DNA of 64,000 bases, from positions 780-64,779 of the forward strand of contig JBGAPX010000006.1 in assembly GCA_044221045.1 (NCBI GenBank). Reading direction: 5' to 3'. Numbering within the stretch: position 1 is the stretch's first letter; each line of letters starts with the position of its first letter. The notes beneath the pieces are model-generated. The model was given only the letters and a program-made list of their open reading frames with translations, was not told the DNA's origin and did no database searches. Position numbers and translations under genes: made by a program. Source of the DNA: Gemmatimonadales bacterium. GTDB lineage: Bacteria > Gemmatimonadota > Gemmatimonadetes > Gemmatimonadales > GWC2-71-9. Of the stretch, positions 1 to 13,224 are shown one piece after another.

Positions 1-2188
1 GCGCGGCCTCGGCCGTCATCGCCGGCGGCGGCGTAGCCGGGGCCGCCTCGCGCGCCGGCGCCGGTTCCGCCCAGCCCACCCAGCGGGCGAGCGTGGCCTG
101 CATCTCCGCGCTGCGGATCGGCTTGCTCACGTAGTCGTCCATCCCGGACGCGAGGCAGCGCTCCCGGTCGCCCTGCAGCGCATTGGCGGTCATCGCGACG
201 ATCGGGGTGTGCCGCGCCTCGCCCTCGAGCCGGCGGATCTCGGCGGTGGCCTCGTAGCCGTCCATCTCCGGCATCTGGCAGTCCATCAGGATGATGTCGT
301 ACGGGAGCTTGCGTGCCGCCGCGACCCCCTCGAGTCCGTTGCCGGCCACGTCCACCAGGTGGCCCAGGCGCTCGATCATCTGGGTGGCCACTTTCTGGTT
401 GACCGGGTTGTCCTCGACCAGCAGTACGCGCGCCCGGCGCAGGGGACGGTTGTCGGCCGCGCCAAGCCCCTTGAGCAGCGCGGAGCGCCGGGCCGTGCGG
501 GGCTCGAAGCCGAGGGCGGTGCGCAGGGCGTCGTGCAGGGCAAGCAGCCGCACCGGCTTGAGGAGCACCTCGGTGACGCCGCCGGCGCGGGCTCCGTCGG
601 CCGCCTGGCGCTGGGTGACGGGGGCCAGCACGATCACCTGCGTGCGCTTGAGGTGGTCGCTCTCGGCCACGGCGCGCGCCAGCTCGAAGCCATCGGTCTC
701 GCCCAGGCTACTGTCGAACAGCGCGACCCGGATCGGGGCGGGCTCCTGCACGCTGCGCCCCAGGCGCTCGAACGCCTCGGTGGCGTCGTCGGTCGCCACG
801 ACGCTCAGGCCCAGGCCTTCGAGGTGCTCCACCAGGGCCACCCGGGCGGTCGGGTTGCCCCCGGCCACCAGCACCCGGGTGCCGGCGATGTCCGGATCGG
901 CCACGGCGCGCGGGTCGGTGCCGGCGGCGGCACGGCCCAGGCGGAGGGTGAACCAGAAGGTGCTCCCCTGGCCACGCACGCTCTCCACCCCGATGCCGCC
1001 GCCCATCAGTTCCACCAGCTGCCGGCAGATGGCGAGCCCGAGGCCGGTGCCGCCGTACTTCCGGGTGGTGGAGTTGTCAGCCTGGGCGAACGGCTGGAAC
1101 AGGCGGCCCTGCTGTTCCGGGGTGAGGCCGATCCCGGTATCCCGGATTTCCCAGCGGACCATGAGGTCCTCGTCCGCCTCGCCGGCAAGCGCGCAGTGGA
1201 CGGTGACCGCGCCGCGCTCGGTGAACTTGATCGCGTTGGAGACCAGGTTGGTGAGCACCTGCCGCACCCGCGCCGGGTCGCCGCGCAGCAGCCGCGGGAT
1301 GCCGCGGTCCACGTGGGCGGCCAGCTCCAGGCCCTTCCCGGCGGCCTTCTCCGCCAGCAGGTCGAGGGTGTCCTCGAGCACCTCCTGCAGGGAGAAATCC
1401 ACGGTCTCCAGCGACATCCGGCCCGCCTCGATCTTGGAGAAGTCGAGGATGTCGTTGATGATCGTGAGCAGTGCTTCGCCCGAGGCCCGCACCGTCTCGA
1501 CGTAGTTCCGCTGTTCGGCGCTGAGCGTGGTGTCGAGCAGGAGGCCGGTCATGCCGATCACGCCGTTCATCGGGGTCCGGATCTCGTGGCTCATCATGGC
1601 GAAGAACGCCGACTTGACCCGCACGGACTCCAGCGCCTGGTCGCGCGCGTGGGCCAGCTCCTCGGCCTGGGCCGCCATCTGCGCCGCCTGCTCCTCCACC
1701 CGCATGCGGGCGTCCTCGACGTCGAGGGAGTAGCGGTAGAGGTCCTCCTCCTGCCGCTTGCGGTCGGAGATGTCGCTGAGGGTGCCCACGTAGGCGATGG
1801 TGTGCCCCGCGGCGTCCACCACCGCGCGGGCCTGGGCCCCGACCCAGCGGGCGGTGCCCTCCGGCTGCCGGACCCGGAACTCCGCCATGAAGTCCCGCTG
1901 CTCGATGGCCGCGCTCTGCCACTCGGCCCGGACCGCCGTCAGGTCGTTGGTGTCGATCGCGGACATCCACCCCGCGCCCATCGCCTGCGCCTCGGAGAGG
2001 CCGGTGAGCTGGCACCACCGGGCGTTGACGTAGTGGCAGCGGCCCGCCTCGTCGGTCTCGAAGATGCCGATCGGCGCCGAGGTGGTGATGCGGGTGAAGC
2101 GCTCGGCCGCCAGGCCCGGCGCCGCCGGGACCGGGGGACAGGCGCGCTGCTGGCGCCGGATGGCGCTCCAGGACCGGAGGTGTGACAC
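1..2188 (-). CDS. Hybrid sensor histidine kinase/response regulator (PAS-HisKA-HATPase-pseudoREC-REC), 3' end runs off the window
   Basis: Manual translation of the minus strand: MSHLRSWS...[21 protein letters not shown] (PAS), [12 protein letters not shown] (H-box), [37 protein letters not shown] (REC). Absent from the ORF track because there is no stop in the window. GTG start estimated. Confidence 0.9.
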   Translation of the reverse strand, partial: MSHLRSWSAIRRQQRACPPVPAAPGLAAERFTRITTSAPIGIFETDEAGRCHYVNARWCQLTGLSEAQAMGAGWMSAIDTNDLTAVRAEWQSAAIEQRDFMAEFRVRQPEGTARWVGAQARAVVDAAGHTIAYVGTLSDISDRKRQEEDLYRYSLDVEDARMRVEEQAAQMAAQAEELAHARDQALESVRVKSAFFAMMSHEIRTPMNGVIGMTGLLLDTTLSAEQRNYVETVRASGEALLTIINDILDFSKIEAGRMSLETVDFSLQEVLEDTLDLLAEKAAGKGLELAAHVDRGIPRLLRGDPARVRQVLTNLVSNAIKFTERGAVTVHCALAGEADEDLMVRWEIRDTGIGLTPEQQGRLFQPFAQADNSTTRKYGGTGLGLAICRQLVELMGGGIGVESVRGQGSTFWFTLRLGRAAAGTDPRAVADPDIAGTRVLVAGGNPTARVALVEHLEGLGLSVVATDDATEAFERLGRSVQEPAPIRVALFDSSLGETDGFELARAVAESDHLKRTQVIVLAPVTQRQAADGARAGGVTEVLLKPVRLLALHDALRTALGFEPRTARRSALLKGLGAADNRPLRRARVLLVEDNPVNQKVATQMIERLGHLVDVAGNGLEGVAAARKLPYDIILMDCQMPEMDGYEATAEIRRLEGEARHTPIVAMTANALQGDRERCLASGMDDYVSKPIRSAEMQATLARWVGWAEPAPAREAAPATPPPAMTAEAA

Positions 2189-2191
2189 GGA

Positions 2192-5365
<3,174 letters not shown>

Positions 5366-5515
5366 TCGAGGTACCGTGCCTGGGACGATGCATGGGGCGG
5401 GCAGCCCCCTCGAAGTCGCATCCCAATAATCGGTTAGGACCCGGCCGGCCTTGAGGCGGGCCGGGGAGCGGCCGGGGCCGGCACGGCCCGAAACCCGGGC
5501 CGCTGGCCCCCCGTT

Positions 5516-5543
5516 CCAACCGGGACGAGACCGGGCTGTCCAA
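5516..5543 (+). promoter_or_regulatory. Candidate ECF-sigma promoter (CCAACC-N16-GTCCAA)
   Basis: AAC/GTC pattern typical of ECF promoters, 8 nt before the ATG of the ECF sigma gene. Confidence 0.45.
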
Positions 5544-5551
5544 CCCGGTGC

Positions 5552-6118
5552 ATGCCAACCACGTACTCGGGAACCGGAACCCTGCGGACCACCGACGCCA
5601 GCACCGCCGACGCCGACGCCATCGATGCCGCGCTCGCGGCCAGTGGTGATGCGCACGCCTTCGAGCGGCTGTACCGCCGGCACGTGAACCGGGTGCACAA
5701 CCTGGTGCGCCGGATGCTGGGCGAAGACGCCGAGGACGTGACCCAGGAGGTGCTGGTGCGGGCCTGGCAGAAGCTGGGCACGTTCCGCGGGGAGGCGGCG
5801 TTCGGGACCTGGCTGCACCGGGTGGCGGTCAACGTGATCCTGAACCGTCGCACCGCCCGGGGCCGCTGGCGGCGGCTCTTCGCGGAGGAACCGGAGGGCG
5901 GCATCGACCTGCCGGGGCGCGCCACGAGCCCGGCGCACGGGCTGGACTTCGAGAGCGCGATGGCGCGCCTCTCGCCCGGCGCCCGGCAGGTGTTCGTGCT
6001 GCACGACGTCGAGGGCTACCGGCACGAGGAGATCGCCGGGATGCTGGGCATCAATGTCGGGACGTCCAAGTCACAGCTGCACTACGCCCGCATGGCGCTG
6101 CGGAAGACCCTGGGGTGA
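5552..6118 (+). CDS. ECF RNA polymerase sigma-70 factor
   Basis: Region 2 (AEDVTQEVLVRAWQKLGTFRGEAAFGTWLHRVAVN) and region 4 (VFVLHDVEGYRHEEIAGMLG...GTSKSQLHYAR). Confidence 0.95.
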   Translation: MPTTYSGTGTLRTTDASTADADAIDAALAASGDAHAFERLYRRHVNRVHNLVRRMLGEDAEDVTQEVLVRAWQKLGTFRGEAAFGTWLHRVAVNVILNRRTARGRWRRLFAEEPEGGIDLPGRATSPAHGLDFESAMARLSPGARQVFVLHDVEGYRHEEIAGMLGINVGTSKSQLHYARMALRKTLG

Positions 6119-6122
6119 AGTC

Positions 6123-6773
6123 ATGATGCATCCGCTGCCGGACGAACTCTCGGAGTACCTCGATGGCGGGCTGCCCGCCGAACGGGCGGCGCGGGTGGAG
6201 CGCCACCTCGGCGACTGTGCCGAGTGCGCGGCGTTGCTGGACGAACTGCGCCGGGTGATCGCGCGGGCCCAGGCCCTGGACGATCAGCCGCCGCGCCGGG
6301 ACCTCTGGCCCGGCGTCGCCGCGGCGATCGGCGCGGGACCCCGGCACCGCCGGGCGGTGGCGGTCCCGATCCCGCTCCTGCTGGCCGCGGGGTTGGCGCT
6401 GATGGTGCTCTCGGGCGGCAGCGTGCTGCTGTGGACCCGTTCCCAGCCGGCTGCCGCGGCGGCACCCGCGGCCACCGCGCCGGTCCCCACGCTCGAGGCC
6501 GGCACCGCCGGGGCGGGGATCGACCGCGGCTATGCCGGTGCGGTGCGCGCGCTCGAATCGGAGCTGGAGCGCGGCCGCGGGCGGCTCGATACCCTGACCG
6601 TCCGGGTGCTGGAGGAGAAGCTGGCCCTGATCGACCGGGCCATCGGGGAGGCCGAGCGCGCGCTCGCCACCGACCCCGGGAATGGATATCTCGCCGGGCA
6701 CCTGACCCAGACCCGGCTGCGCAAACTCGACCTGCTCCGCCGGGCCGCGGCCCTCAGCCGCGCGGTGAGCTGA
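6123..6773 (+). CDS. Zinc-binding anti-sigma factor (zf-HC2) with one TM helix
   Basis: HLGDCAEC (HxxxCxxC), hydrophobic segment LLLAAGLALMVLSGGSVLLW, directly after the sigma gene. Confidence 0.9.
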   Translation: MMHPLPDELSEYLDGGLPAERAARVERHLGDCAECAALLDELRRVIARAQALDDQPPRRDLWPGVAAAIGAGPRHRRAVAVPIPLLLAAGLALMVLSGGSVLLWTRSQPAAAAAPAATAPVPTLEAGTAGAGIDRGYAGAVRALESELERGRGRLDTLTVRVLEEKLALIDRAIGEAERALATDPGNGYLAGHLTQTRLRKLDLLRRAAALSRAVS

Positions 6774-6789
6774 CCATGGGGACCGACCG

Positions 6790-7629
6790 ATGCTGACCCT
6801 GCTGTTTGCCCTGGCCGCGATGCCCCAGGGCACCGACACCACCATTGCCGTCCGCGGCGCCACCCGGCTCGAGCTCAGCAGCTTCGAGGGCGGGATCACG
6901 GTGGCCACCTGGAACCGGCCCGCCGTCCGGATCGAGGCCGACCATGACGAGGACACCCGGGTGGAGGTGAGCGCAGGGGCGCGCAGCCTGCGGGTCCGGG
7001 CCCACAGCCGCTACGGCCCGCCGGAGGTCACCTGGCGCATCACGGTGCCCGCGGAGCTCGCGCTGGAGCTGTCCTCGCAGAGCGGGGATGTCCGGGTGAA
7101 CGGCAGCCGGGGGGAGGTGACGGTCTCGACCGTCGAGGGCAACGTCACGGTGCAGGGCGGCACCTCGTTCGTCTCGCTGCAGTCCGTGGAAGGCGACCTG
7201 GACGTCACGGACGTCGAGGGCCGGGTCAGCCTGTCGACCGTCGACGGCCTCATCACGGTCCGGGGCGCCCGGGGCGAGCTCCGGGCCAACGCGGTGGACG
7301 GGGCGATCCGGCTCGAGGACATCCGCGCCACGCGGGTGGAGGCCAGCACCGTGGATGGCGAGGTCGAGTTCGCCGGCGCGCTCGAGGCCGGCGGGCGGTA
7401 CCACCTGACCTCGCACGATGGCGACGTGACGGTGACCCTGCCGGCGATCGACGCCGAGGTCTCGGTCTCGACCTTCAGCGGTGAATTCGAGTCCGACTTC
7501 CCGGTGACGGTCACCGGCGCCGCCGGCGGCCGGCGACTCAGCTTCACCCTTGGCACCGGCGCCGCCCGGCTCGACCTGGAATCCTTTGACGGCACGGTCG
7601 CGCTCCGCAAGAGCGCCCCCCGGCGCTGA
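6790..7629 (+). CDS. DUF4097-family beta-strand repeat protein, exported
   Basis: Signal-peptide-like N-terminus and repeated S/T-V-(E/D)-G-x-V units. Confidence 0.8.
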   Translation: MLTLLFALAAMPQGTDTTIAVRGATRLELSSFEGGITVATWNRPAVRIEADHDEDTRVEVSAGARSLRVRAHSRYGPPEVTWRITVPAELALELSSQSGDVRVNGSRGEVTVSTVEGNVTVQGGTSFVSLQSVEGDLDVTDVEGRVSLSTVDGLITVRGARGELRANAVDGAIRLEDIRATRVEASTVDGEVEFAGALEAGGRYHLTSHDGDVTVTLPAIDAEVSVSTFSGEFESDFPVTVTGAAGGRRLSFTLGTGAARLDLESFDGTVALRKSAPRR

Positions 7630-7657
7630 ACTTCCACTGCCTCCCACTGGAGACTGC

Positions 7658-8428
7658 ATGCGTGCCCTCGTGCCCGTCCTGGCCCTTCCCCTGCTGTTCA
7701 CCCTGCCGCTCGACGCCCAGGACTTCCGCTGGCAGGGCGCCCTCGCCGCCGGCAAGACCCTCGAGGTCCGGGGCATCAACGGCCGCATCCGGGCCACCCG
7801 CGCCGACGGGGCGCAGGCCCTCGTGACCGCCACCAAGCGCGCGCGGGACGATGACCCGGCCGAGGTCGAGATCCAGGTGGTGGAGCACGCCGACGGGGTG
7901 ACGATCTGCGCGGTCTACCCGTCACGCCGCGGCGGGCGGGCCAACGAGTGCCGCCGCGGCGGCGGCACCATGAACACCCGCGACAACGATGTCGAGGTCC
8001 TGTTCGAGGTGCAGGTGCCCGCGGGGGTGCATTTCGAGGGGAGCAACGTGAACGGGGACGTCACCGGGACGGGGCTGCCGGGGAACGCGGACATCACCAC
8101 CGTCAACGGCGACGTGACGGTGTCCGCTGCCGGGGAGGTCGAGGCCACCACGGTCAACGGTTCGATCGACGCCACCCTGGGCGCTCGCGCCCTGGAGCGT
8201 TCGCTCAAGTTCACCACGGTCAATGGCGGGATCACCGTCACCCTGCCGGACGGCGCCAGCGCCGACGTCGAGGCCAGCACGGTCAATGGCGGGATCGACA
8301 CCGACTTCCCGATCAATGTCACGGGACGGGTGAACCCGCGGTCGCTGCGCGGACGGATCGGCGCCGGCGGGCGGAGCCTCGAACTCACCACGGTCAACGG
8401 GGGCATCCGGATCCGGCGCGGACGCTGA
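7658..8428 (+). CDS. DUF4097-family beta-strand repeat protein, exported
   Basis: Start MRALVPV after GGAG. Repeated T-V-N-G-x-(I/V) units. Confidence 0.8.
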   Translation: MRALVPVLALPLLFTLPLDAQDFRWQGALAAGKTLEVRGINGRIRATRADGAQALVTATKRARDDDPAEVEIQVVEHADGVTICAVYPSRRGGRANECRRGGGTMNTRDNDVEVLFEVQVPAGVHFEGSNVNGDVTGTGLPGNADITTVNGDVTVSAAGEVEATTVNGSIDATLGARALERSLKFTTVNGGITVTLPDGASADVEASTVNGGIDTDFPINVTGRVNPRSLRGRIGAGGRSLELTTVNGGIRIRRGR

Positions 8429-8485
8429 GCGGCGGCTTCCGGTCCCCAGTCGCGGCGCCCCCGGTCCCGGGGGCGCCGCGTGCGT

Positions 8486-9817
8486 TCAGGCGCTGGCGGG
8501 CCGGGGTGCCCGGCGCCGCCAGAACAGGAACACCGGGATCCCGAGGATGAGGATCCCCGTGCCCAGGAGCGCGTTCCGCGGGTTCGACACGATCGACCCG
8601 CCGACCACGTACACCGAGGCCGCGATGAACAGCAACGGGGTCACCGGCCACCCCGGCACCCGGAAGGCCGCGGTGCGCCCCGCCGCGTCGTCCTTCCGCC
8701 GGATGAAGAACAGCGCCACCACGCCCAGGCCGAAGAAGATCCAGTCGCAGAACACCACGTAGTCCAGGAGCTGGCCGTAGCGCCCGGTGAACAGCAGCGC
8801 CTCCGCCCACAGCCCCTGGAACAGGATGGCCGTGCCCGGTGTCTGGTACCTCGGGTGCAGCGCGGCGAAGGCCGGGAAGAAGAGCCCGTCGGCGGCCAGG
8901 GTGCGGTAGACCCGCGGCGACACCATGATCACGAGGTTCAGGAAGCCGAAGGTCGAGGCGGTGATGCCGAGGCTGATCACCAGCGCCCCGGCCGGACCGA
9001 GCGCGGCGCGCATGGCGTCGGCCGCGGGGGCGGCGCTCGCGGCGAGTCCCGCCGGCCCCAGCATCCGCAGGTAGGCCACGTTGGCGAGCAGGTACACCGC
9101 CACCACAATCACGACCCCGAGCACCAGCGCCCGCGGCAGGTTCCGCAGCGGATCGATGATCTCCTCGGCGATGAAATTGGTCTGCTGCCAGCCCCCGTAG
9201 GCGAACAGCACCGGCACCAGCGCGGCGGCGATGGCCACCGCGGGGTGGGCCGGCGCCGGGGGCGCGGCGGCGGCCGCGGCCGGCGCCGCCCAGGCCACCC
9301 CGACCGCGATGAGGAAGCCGAGCGCCACGAGCTTGAGGACGGTGAAGATGTTGGTGGTGAAGGCGCCGGGGCGGATGCCAAGGAAGTTGATGAGGGTGAG
9401 CACCGCGATCGCGGCGGCCGCGAGCGGCCGGCTCCACGCCGGCGGCAGGCCGAGCAGCGGCACCGCGTAGTTCGCGAAGGTCACCGCGACCGCGGCGATC
9501 GCGCCGGTGGCCATGACCAGCAGCAGCGCCCACGCATAGAGGAAGGCGGGCAGGGCCCCGAGGCCCTCGCGCAGGTAGACGTAGCTCCCGCCGGCCTGCG
9601 GCCGCCGCTGCCCCAGTTCCCCGAAGCAGAAGGCGCCGATCAGCGCGATGGCCCCGCCGAGGATCCATACGCCGAGGGTGAGCGGCGCGGTGCCGACGCG
9701 CTGGGCCACGATGGCGGGGTTGATGAAGATGCCGGAGCCGATGATGCCGCCGACGACGGCCATGGTGCCGGAGAAGAGCCCGAGGGTCCGGCGGTAGCTG
9801 ATGGGAGGGGAGGTCAT
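8486..9817 (-). CDS. APC-family amino acid permease
   Basis: GGIIGSGIF in TM1, FAYGGW, about 12 hydrophobic segments. Confidence 0.92.
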   Translation of the reverse strand: MTSPPISYRRTLGLFSGTMAVVGGIIGSGIFINPAIVAQRVGTAPLTLGVWILGGAIALIGAFCFGELGQRRPQAGGSYVYLREGLGALPAFLYAWALLLVMATGAIAAVAVTFANYAVPLLGLPPAWSRPLAAAAIAVLTLINFLGIRPGAFTTNIFTVLKLVALGFLIAVGVAWAAPAAAAAAPPAPAHPAVAIAAALVPVLFAYGGWQQTNFIAEEIIDPLRNLPRALVLGVVIVVAVYLLANVAYLRMLGPAGLAASAAPAADAMRAALGPAGALVISLGITASTFGFLNLVIMVSPRVYRTLAADGLFFPAFAALHPRYQTPGTAILFQGLWAEALLFTGRYGQLLDYVVFCDWIFFGLGVVALFFIRRKDDAAGRTAAFRVPGWPVTPLLFIAASVYVVGGSIVSNPRNALLGTGILILGIPVFLFWRRRAPRPASA

Positions 9818-9859
9818 CTCCCCAATGTACCGGTGCGGGGGGTGAGCGCCACCGCGCCC

Positions 9860-11464
9860 TCAGGCCGCGGGGACCCCGGCGAGGCTGGGGCGGCGGAGCA
9901 GGCGCCGCACCCGGACGACGAGTTCGCGCATGGAGGCGGGCTTGGTCAGGTAGTCGTCGGCGCCCAGCTCGAAGGCGCGGACGATGTGGGCCTCGTCGCC
10001 GACGGCCGTCAGCATCATGACCGGGACATGCTGCAGGTCCGGGTGCTCGCGGAGCGCCCGCAGGAAGGCGAGCCCGTCGAGATTCGGCATCTGGATGTCG
10101 CTGATCACCAGGCTGGCGCCGCTGGCGGGCAGCGCGGCGAGCGCCGCTTCGCCATCGGGGTAGGCCACCACCTCGAAGCCCTCGCGCCGCAGGTGCTGCG
10201 TCACCAGGCGGCGCATGGCCGGATCGTCCTCGGCCAGCAGCACGCGGCGGGACGGCACCGCGAGGCTCGCCTCGCCGGACACCACCCGGTTGCGGCCCGA
10301 GGCCTTGGCGACGTAGCGGAGGCGGTCGGCCTGCGCCAGGCACTCCTCGATCGCCTGCCCCGCCTCGAGGTCCACGACGCCGGCGGAGAAGCTCACGACC
10401 AGCGGCGCCTCCGGGGTCGCGCGGAAGTCCACCCGGCGGAGCACGCCGCGGGCCTGGTCCACGATCGCCGCGGCCTCGGCCGCCGTGCGGCCGGCGAAGA
10501 GTGCGATGAACTCCGCCCCGTCCCAGCGCGCGAACACGGCCGCCTGCCGCAGCACCATCGCGAGCCGGATCCCGGCCCGGCGCAGCACCCCGTCGGCGAA
10601 CTGGCGTCCCCAGGTCTCCTCGATCCAGCGGAAGTGGTCGAGGTCGAGGACCGCCAGGGCAAAGCGCGTATCGTCCGGGCTCGACTGCCGGAGGTGGGCC
10701 AGGCGCTCGAGGAAGGCCGCCCGGTTGGGGAGGCCGGTGACCGGATCCCGGCGGGCGAGTTCCGCCTGGGTGGCGTGCCGCTCCAGCCGCGAACTCACCG
10801 CCACCGCGAAGGCCTCCAGGTCAACGGGCTTCTCGAAGTAGGCATCGGCGCCAAGCGCGAAGCACTCGGCCTTGGTCTGGCTGCCGAGCCGGGCGGACAC
10901 CACGAAGACCGGGACGCCCGAACTGCGCGGATGGGAGCGCAGCTCCACGAGGAGCGCGCGGCCGTCGTCGTCCGGGAGGATGAGGTCAAGCAGGACGAGG
11001 TCCACCGGGGTCTGGCGCAGCACCTCCCGAGCACCGGCGGCGGTGTTCACCACCACCACCCGGCGGCCATGGGTGCTGAGGCCCTGTTCCAGGGTCCGGG
11101 CAAAGAGCAGGTCATCCTCCACCAGCAGGATCACCCCGCCGTTCCGGGCACCGGGCGCCTGGATTGCCCGGTGGAGCAGGCTGACCAGCCCCGCGGTCGC
11201 GGCGGGGAGGGCGTGGGTATCGGCCTGGAGGACCGTGTCGGCGGCGGCCAGTTGCTCCGGCCGATCCTCGAGCGCGCCGCCGTCCACCAGCGCGCGCGCC
11301 AAGCGGCGCACGGTAGCCTCGGCCTCCGGGCGATCGGATTCGGACTCGAATCGGCGCTGGGCGGCCTCAAGGGCAGCGAGGGCGGCGGTCACGCCGCCGC
11401 GGCGGCCCGGGGCGGGGCCGCCGCCCGGGGCGGCGTCGGATGAGGGCGGTGCGGAATGCATCAC
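9860..11464 (-). CDS. Response regulator, REC-GGDEF(degenerate)-REC
   Basis: LLVEDD...DLVLLDL receiver; DPVTGLPNR, LDLDHFR..., ARWDGAEF, KASGRNRV GGDEF fold; C-terminal receiver LLAEDD...SDIQMP...DDYLTKP. Confidence 0.88.
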   Translation of the reverse strand: MMHSAPPSSDAAPGGGPAPGRRGGVTAALAALEAAQRRFESESDRPEAEATVRRLARALVDGGALEDRPEQLAAADTVLQADTHALPAATAGLVSLLHRAIQAPGARNGGVILLVEDDLLFARTLEQGLSTHGRRVVVVNTAAGAREVLRQTPVDLVLLDLILPDDDGRALLVELRSHPRSSGVPVFVVSARLGSQTKAECFALGADAYFEKPVDLEAFAVAVSSRLERHATQAELARRDPVTGLPNRAAFLERLAHLRQSSPDDTRFALAVLDLDHFRWIEETWGRQFADGVLRRAGIRLAMVLRQAAVFARWDGAEFIALFAGRTAAEAAAIVDQARGVLRRVDFRATPEAPLVVSFSAGVVDLEAGQAIEECLAQADRLRYVAKASGRNRVVSGEASLAVPSRRVLLAEDDPAMRRLVTQHLRREGFEVVAYPDGEAALAALPASGASLVISDIQMPNLDGLAFLRALREHPDLQHVPVMMLTAVGDEAHIVRAFELGADDYLTKPASMRELVVRVRRLLRRPSLAGVPAA

Positions 11465-11597
11465 CCCCAGTATCGGCCGGGGACGGGAGGGGATGAGTCC
11501 GCCGATAAGGCGTCACGGAGGGTTGCTCGCCGACGATTATTCGGTATTTTACGCTGTGCGCCGAACGATTGTAGGCGCCCGAGCCCTGGAGGCCCCG

Positions 11598-12077
11598 ATG
11601 CCCGACGCCACCGATCTCGCCATCCTGCAGCTCCTGCAGGCCAACGCCCGCATCAGCAACGCCGACATCGCCCGCCGCCTCGACATGGCCCCGTCGGCCA
11701 TCCTCGACCGCATCCGCAAGCTCGAGCACAAGGGCGTCATCGAGGGCTACACCACCCGGATCGCCCCCACCGCCGTGGGTCTCGGCCTCACCGCCTTCAT
11801 CCTCGTCCGGACCGAGGAGCGGGTGGGGCTCGGCACCATCGGCCAGGCGCTGGCCCGGGTGCCCGAGGTGCTCGAAGTCCACCACGTCGCCGGCGAGGAC
11901 TGCTACCTGGTCAAGGTCCGGGTCCCCGATACCGCCGCGCTGAGCCGCCTCCTGCACGAGCGTTTCGGGCGCCTCAAGGGCGTCCGGAACACCCGCAGTA
12001 CCATCGTGCTGGCCACCGTCAAGGAAGGGGCGCCGTTGCCGCTCCCCACCGGCCGCGGAGGGTCGCATGACGCCTGA
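11598..12077 (+). CDS. Lrp/AsnC-family transcriptional regulator
   Basis: DLAILQLLQANARISNADIARRL HTH; HHVAGEDCYLVKV ligand domain. Start at ATG after GGAGG. Confidence 0.93.
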   Translation: MPDATDLAILQLLQANARISNADIARRLDMAPSAILDRIRKLEHKGVIEGYTTRIAPTAVGLGLTAFILVRTEERVGLGTIGQALARVPEVLEVHHVAGEDCYLVKVRVPDTAALSRLLHERFGRLKGVRNTRSTIVLATVKEGAPLPLPTGRGGSHDA

Positions 12078-13029
12078 ACAGGCCGCGCGGCACCGGCTGA
12101 CCCTGCTGCTCGCCTTCGCCGCCATCTACCTCATCTGGGGCTCGACCTACCTCGCGATCGCCTTCGCGATCCACACCATTCCGCCGCTCCTGATGGCGGG
12201 CGTCCGGTTCCTGGTGGCGGGGGGGCTTCTCTACGTCTGGTCGCGGCTGCGGGGCGCTCCCCGGCCCCGGCCGGTCCAGTGGGGCTGGGCCTTCCTGCTC
12301 GGCGCGCTGTTCTTCCTCATGGGCAACGGCGCCGTCGTGTGGGTGGAGCAGTCCATTCCCTCGGGACTGGTGGCGCTGATCGTGGCCATGGTCTCGGTCT
12401 GGACCGCGCTGCTCGAGTGGTTGCGGCCTGGCGGCACCCGGCCCACCGGCATGGTCCTGGCCGGCATCGCCCTCGGCTTCGCCGGGGTGGCGCTGCTGGT
12501 CCTGCCGGGGCAGGGCGGGGCGGGGCACGTGGCCCCGGGTGGGGTGGCGCTCCTCATGTGCTCCACCTTCGCGTGGGCCCTGGCGTCGGTGCTCGCCCGC
12601 ACCGCCGATCTCCCCGCCAGCGCCCCCCAGGTCTCCGGGATGGAGATGCTGGCCGGCGGGGTGTGGTTGTTCGCCGCGAGCCTCTTGCACGGGGATCACC
12701 GTCAGTTCGACCCGTCGCTGGTCACCCTCAAGTCGGGCCTCTCGGTCCTGTACCTCATCGTGTTCGGTTCGCTGGTCACGTTCACGGCGTTTGCCTGGCT
12801 GCTCCAGGTCACCACCCCGAACAAGGTGGCCACCGCGGGGTACGTGAACCCCATGGTGGCGGTCTTCCTGGGCTGGGCCTTCGGGGGCGAGGCCCTCACC
12901 GCCCGGGCGTTGCTCGCGTCCCTGGTCATCGTCTGCTCGGTGGTGATGATCATCACCGGGCGGGACTTCGCCTTCTCCCGGCTGCGGCCCGCCCTCCGGG
13001 GCTCCGCCTCCGCGGCGAAGCCGCGTTGA
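12067..13029 (+). CDS. EamA/DMT-family exporter (YedA-like)
   Basis: IYLIWGSTY, about 10 TM segments, YVNPMVAVFLG; overlaps the Lrp stop. Confidence 0.92.
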   Translation: MTPEQAARHRLTLLLAFAAIYLIWGSTYLAIAFAIHTIPPLLMAGVRFLVAGGLLYVWSRLRGAPRPRPVQWGWAFLLGALFFLMGNGAVVWVEQSIPSGLVALIVAMVSVWTALLEWLRPGGTRPTGMVLAGIALGFAGVALLVLPGQGGAGHVAPGGVALLMCSTFAWALASVLARTADLPASAPQVSGMEMLAGGVWLFAASLLHGDHRQFDPSLVTLKSGLSVLYLIVFGSLVTFTAFAWLLQVTTPNKVATAGYVNPMVAVFLGWAFGGEALTARALLASLVIVCSVVMIITGRDFAFSRLRPALRGSASAAKPR

Positions 13030-13224
13030 CGCCGGTCCCGCGTTCCCCTATTGTTGCCTGCATGTCACGCCACGCCGCCGGTCACGTGCTGGTCTCCCGG
13101 AATAATTGCCGGGGTAATCGGTTCCGCTGATCCGGAGCGTGGCCGGCGCCTGGCGCCATGAGGTACCGAGCGGCCCGCTCCCCTGTCGAGCGGGCCGCCT
13201 GCTTTTTCAGCCCTGGAGGCAGTC

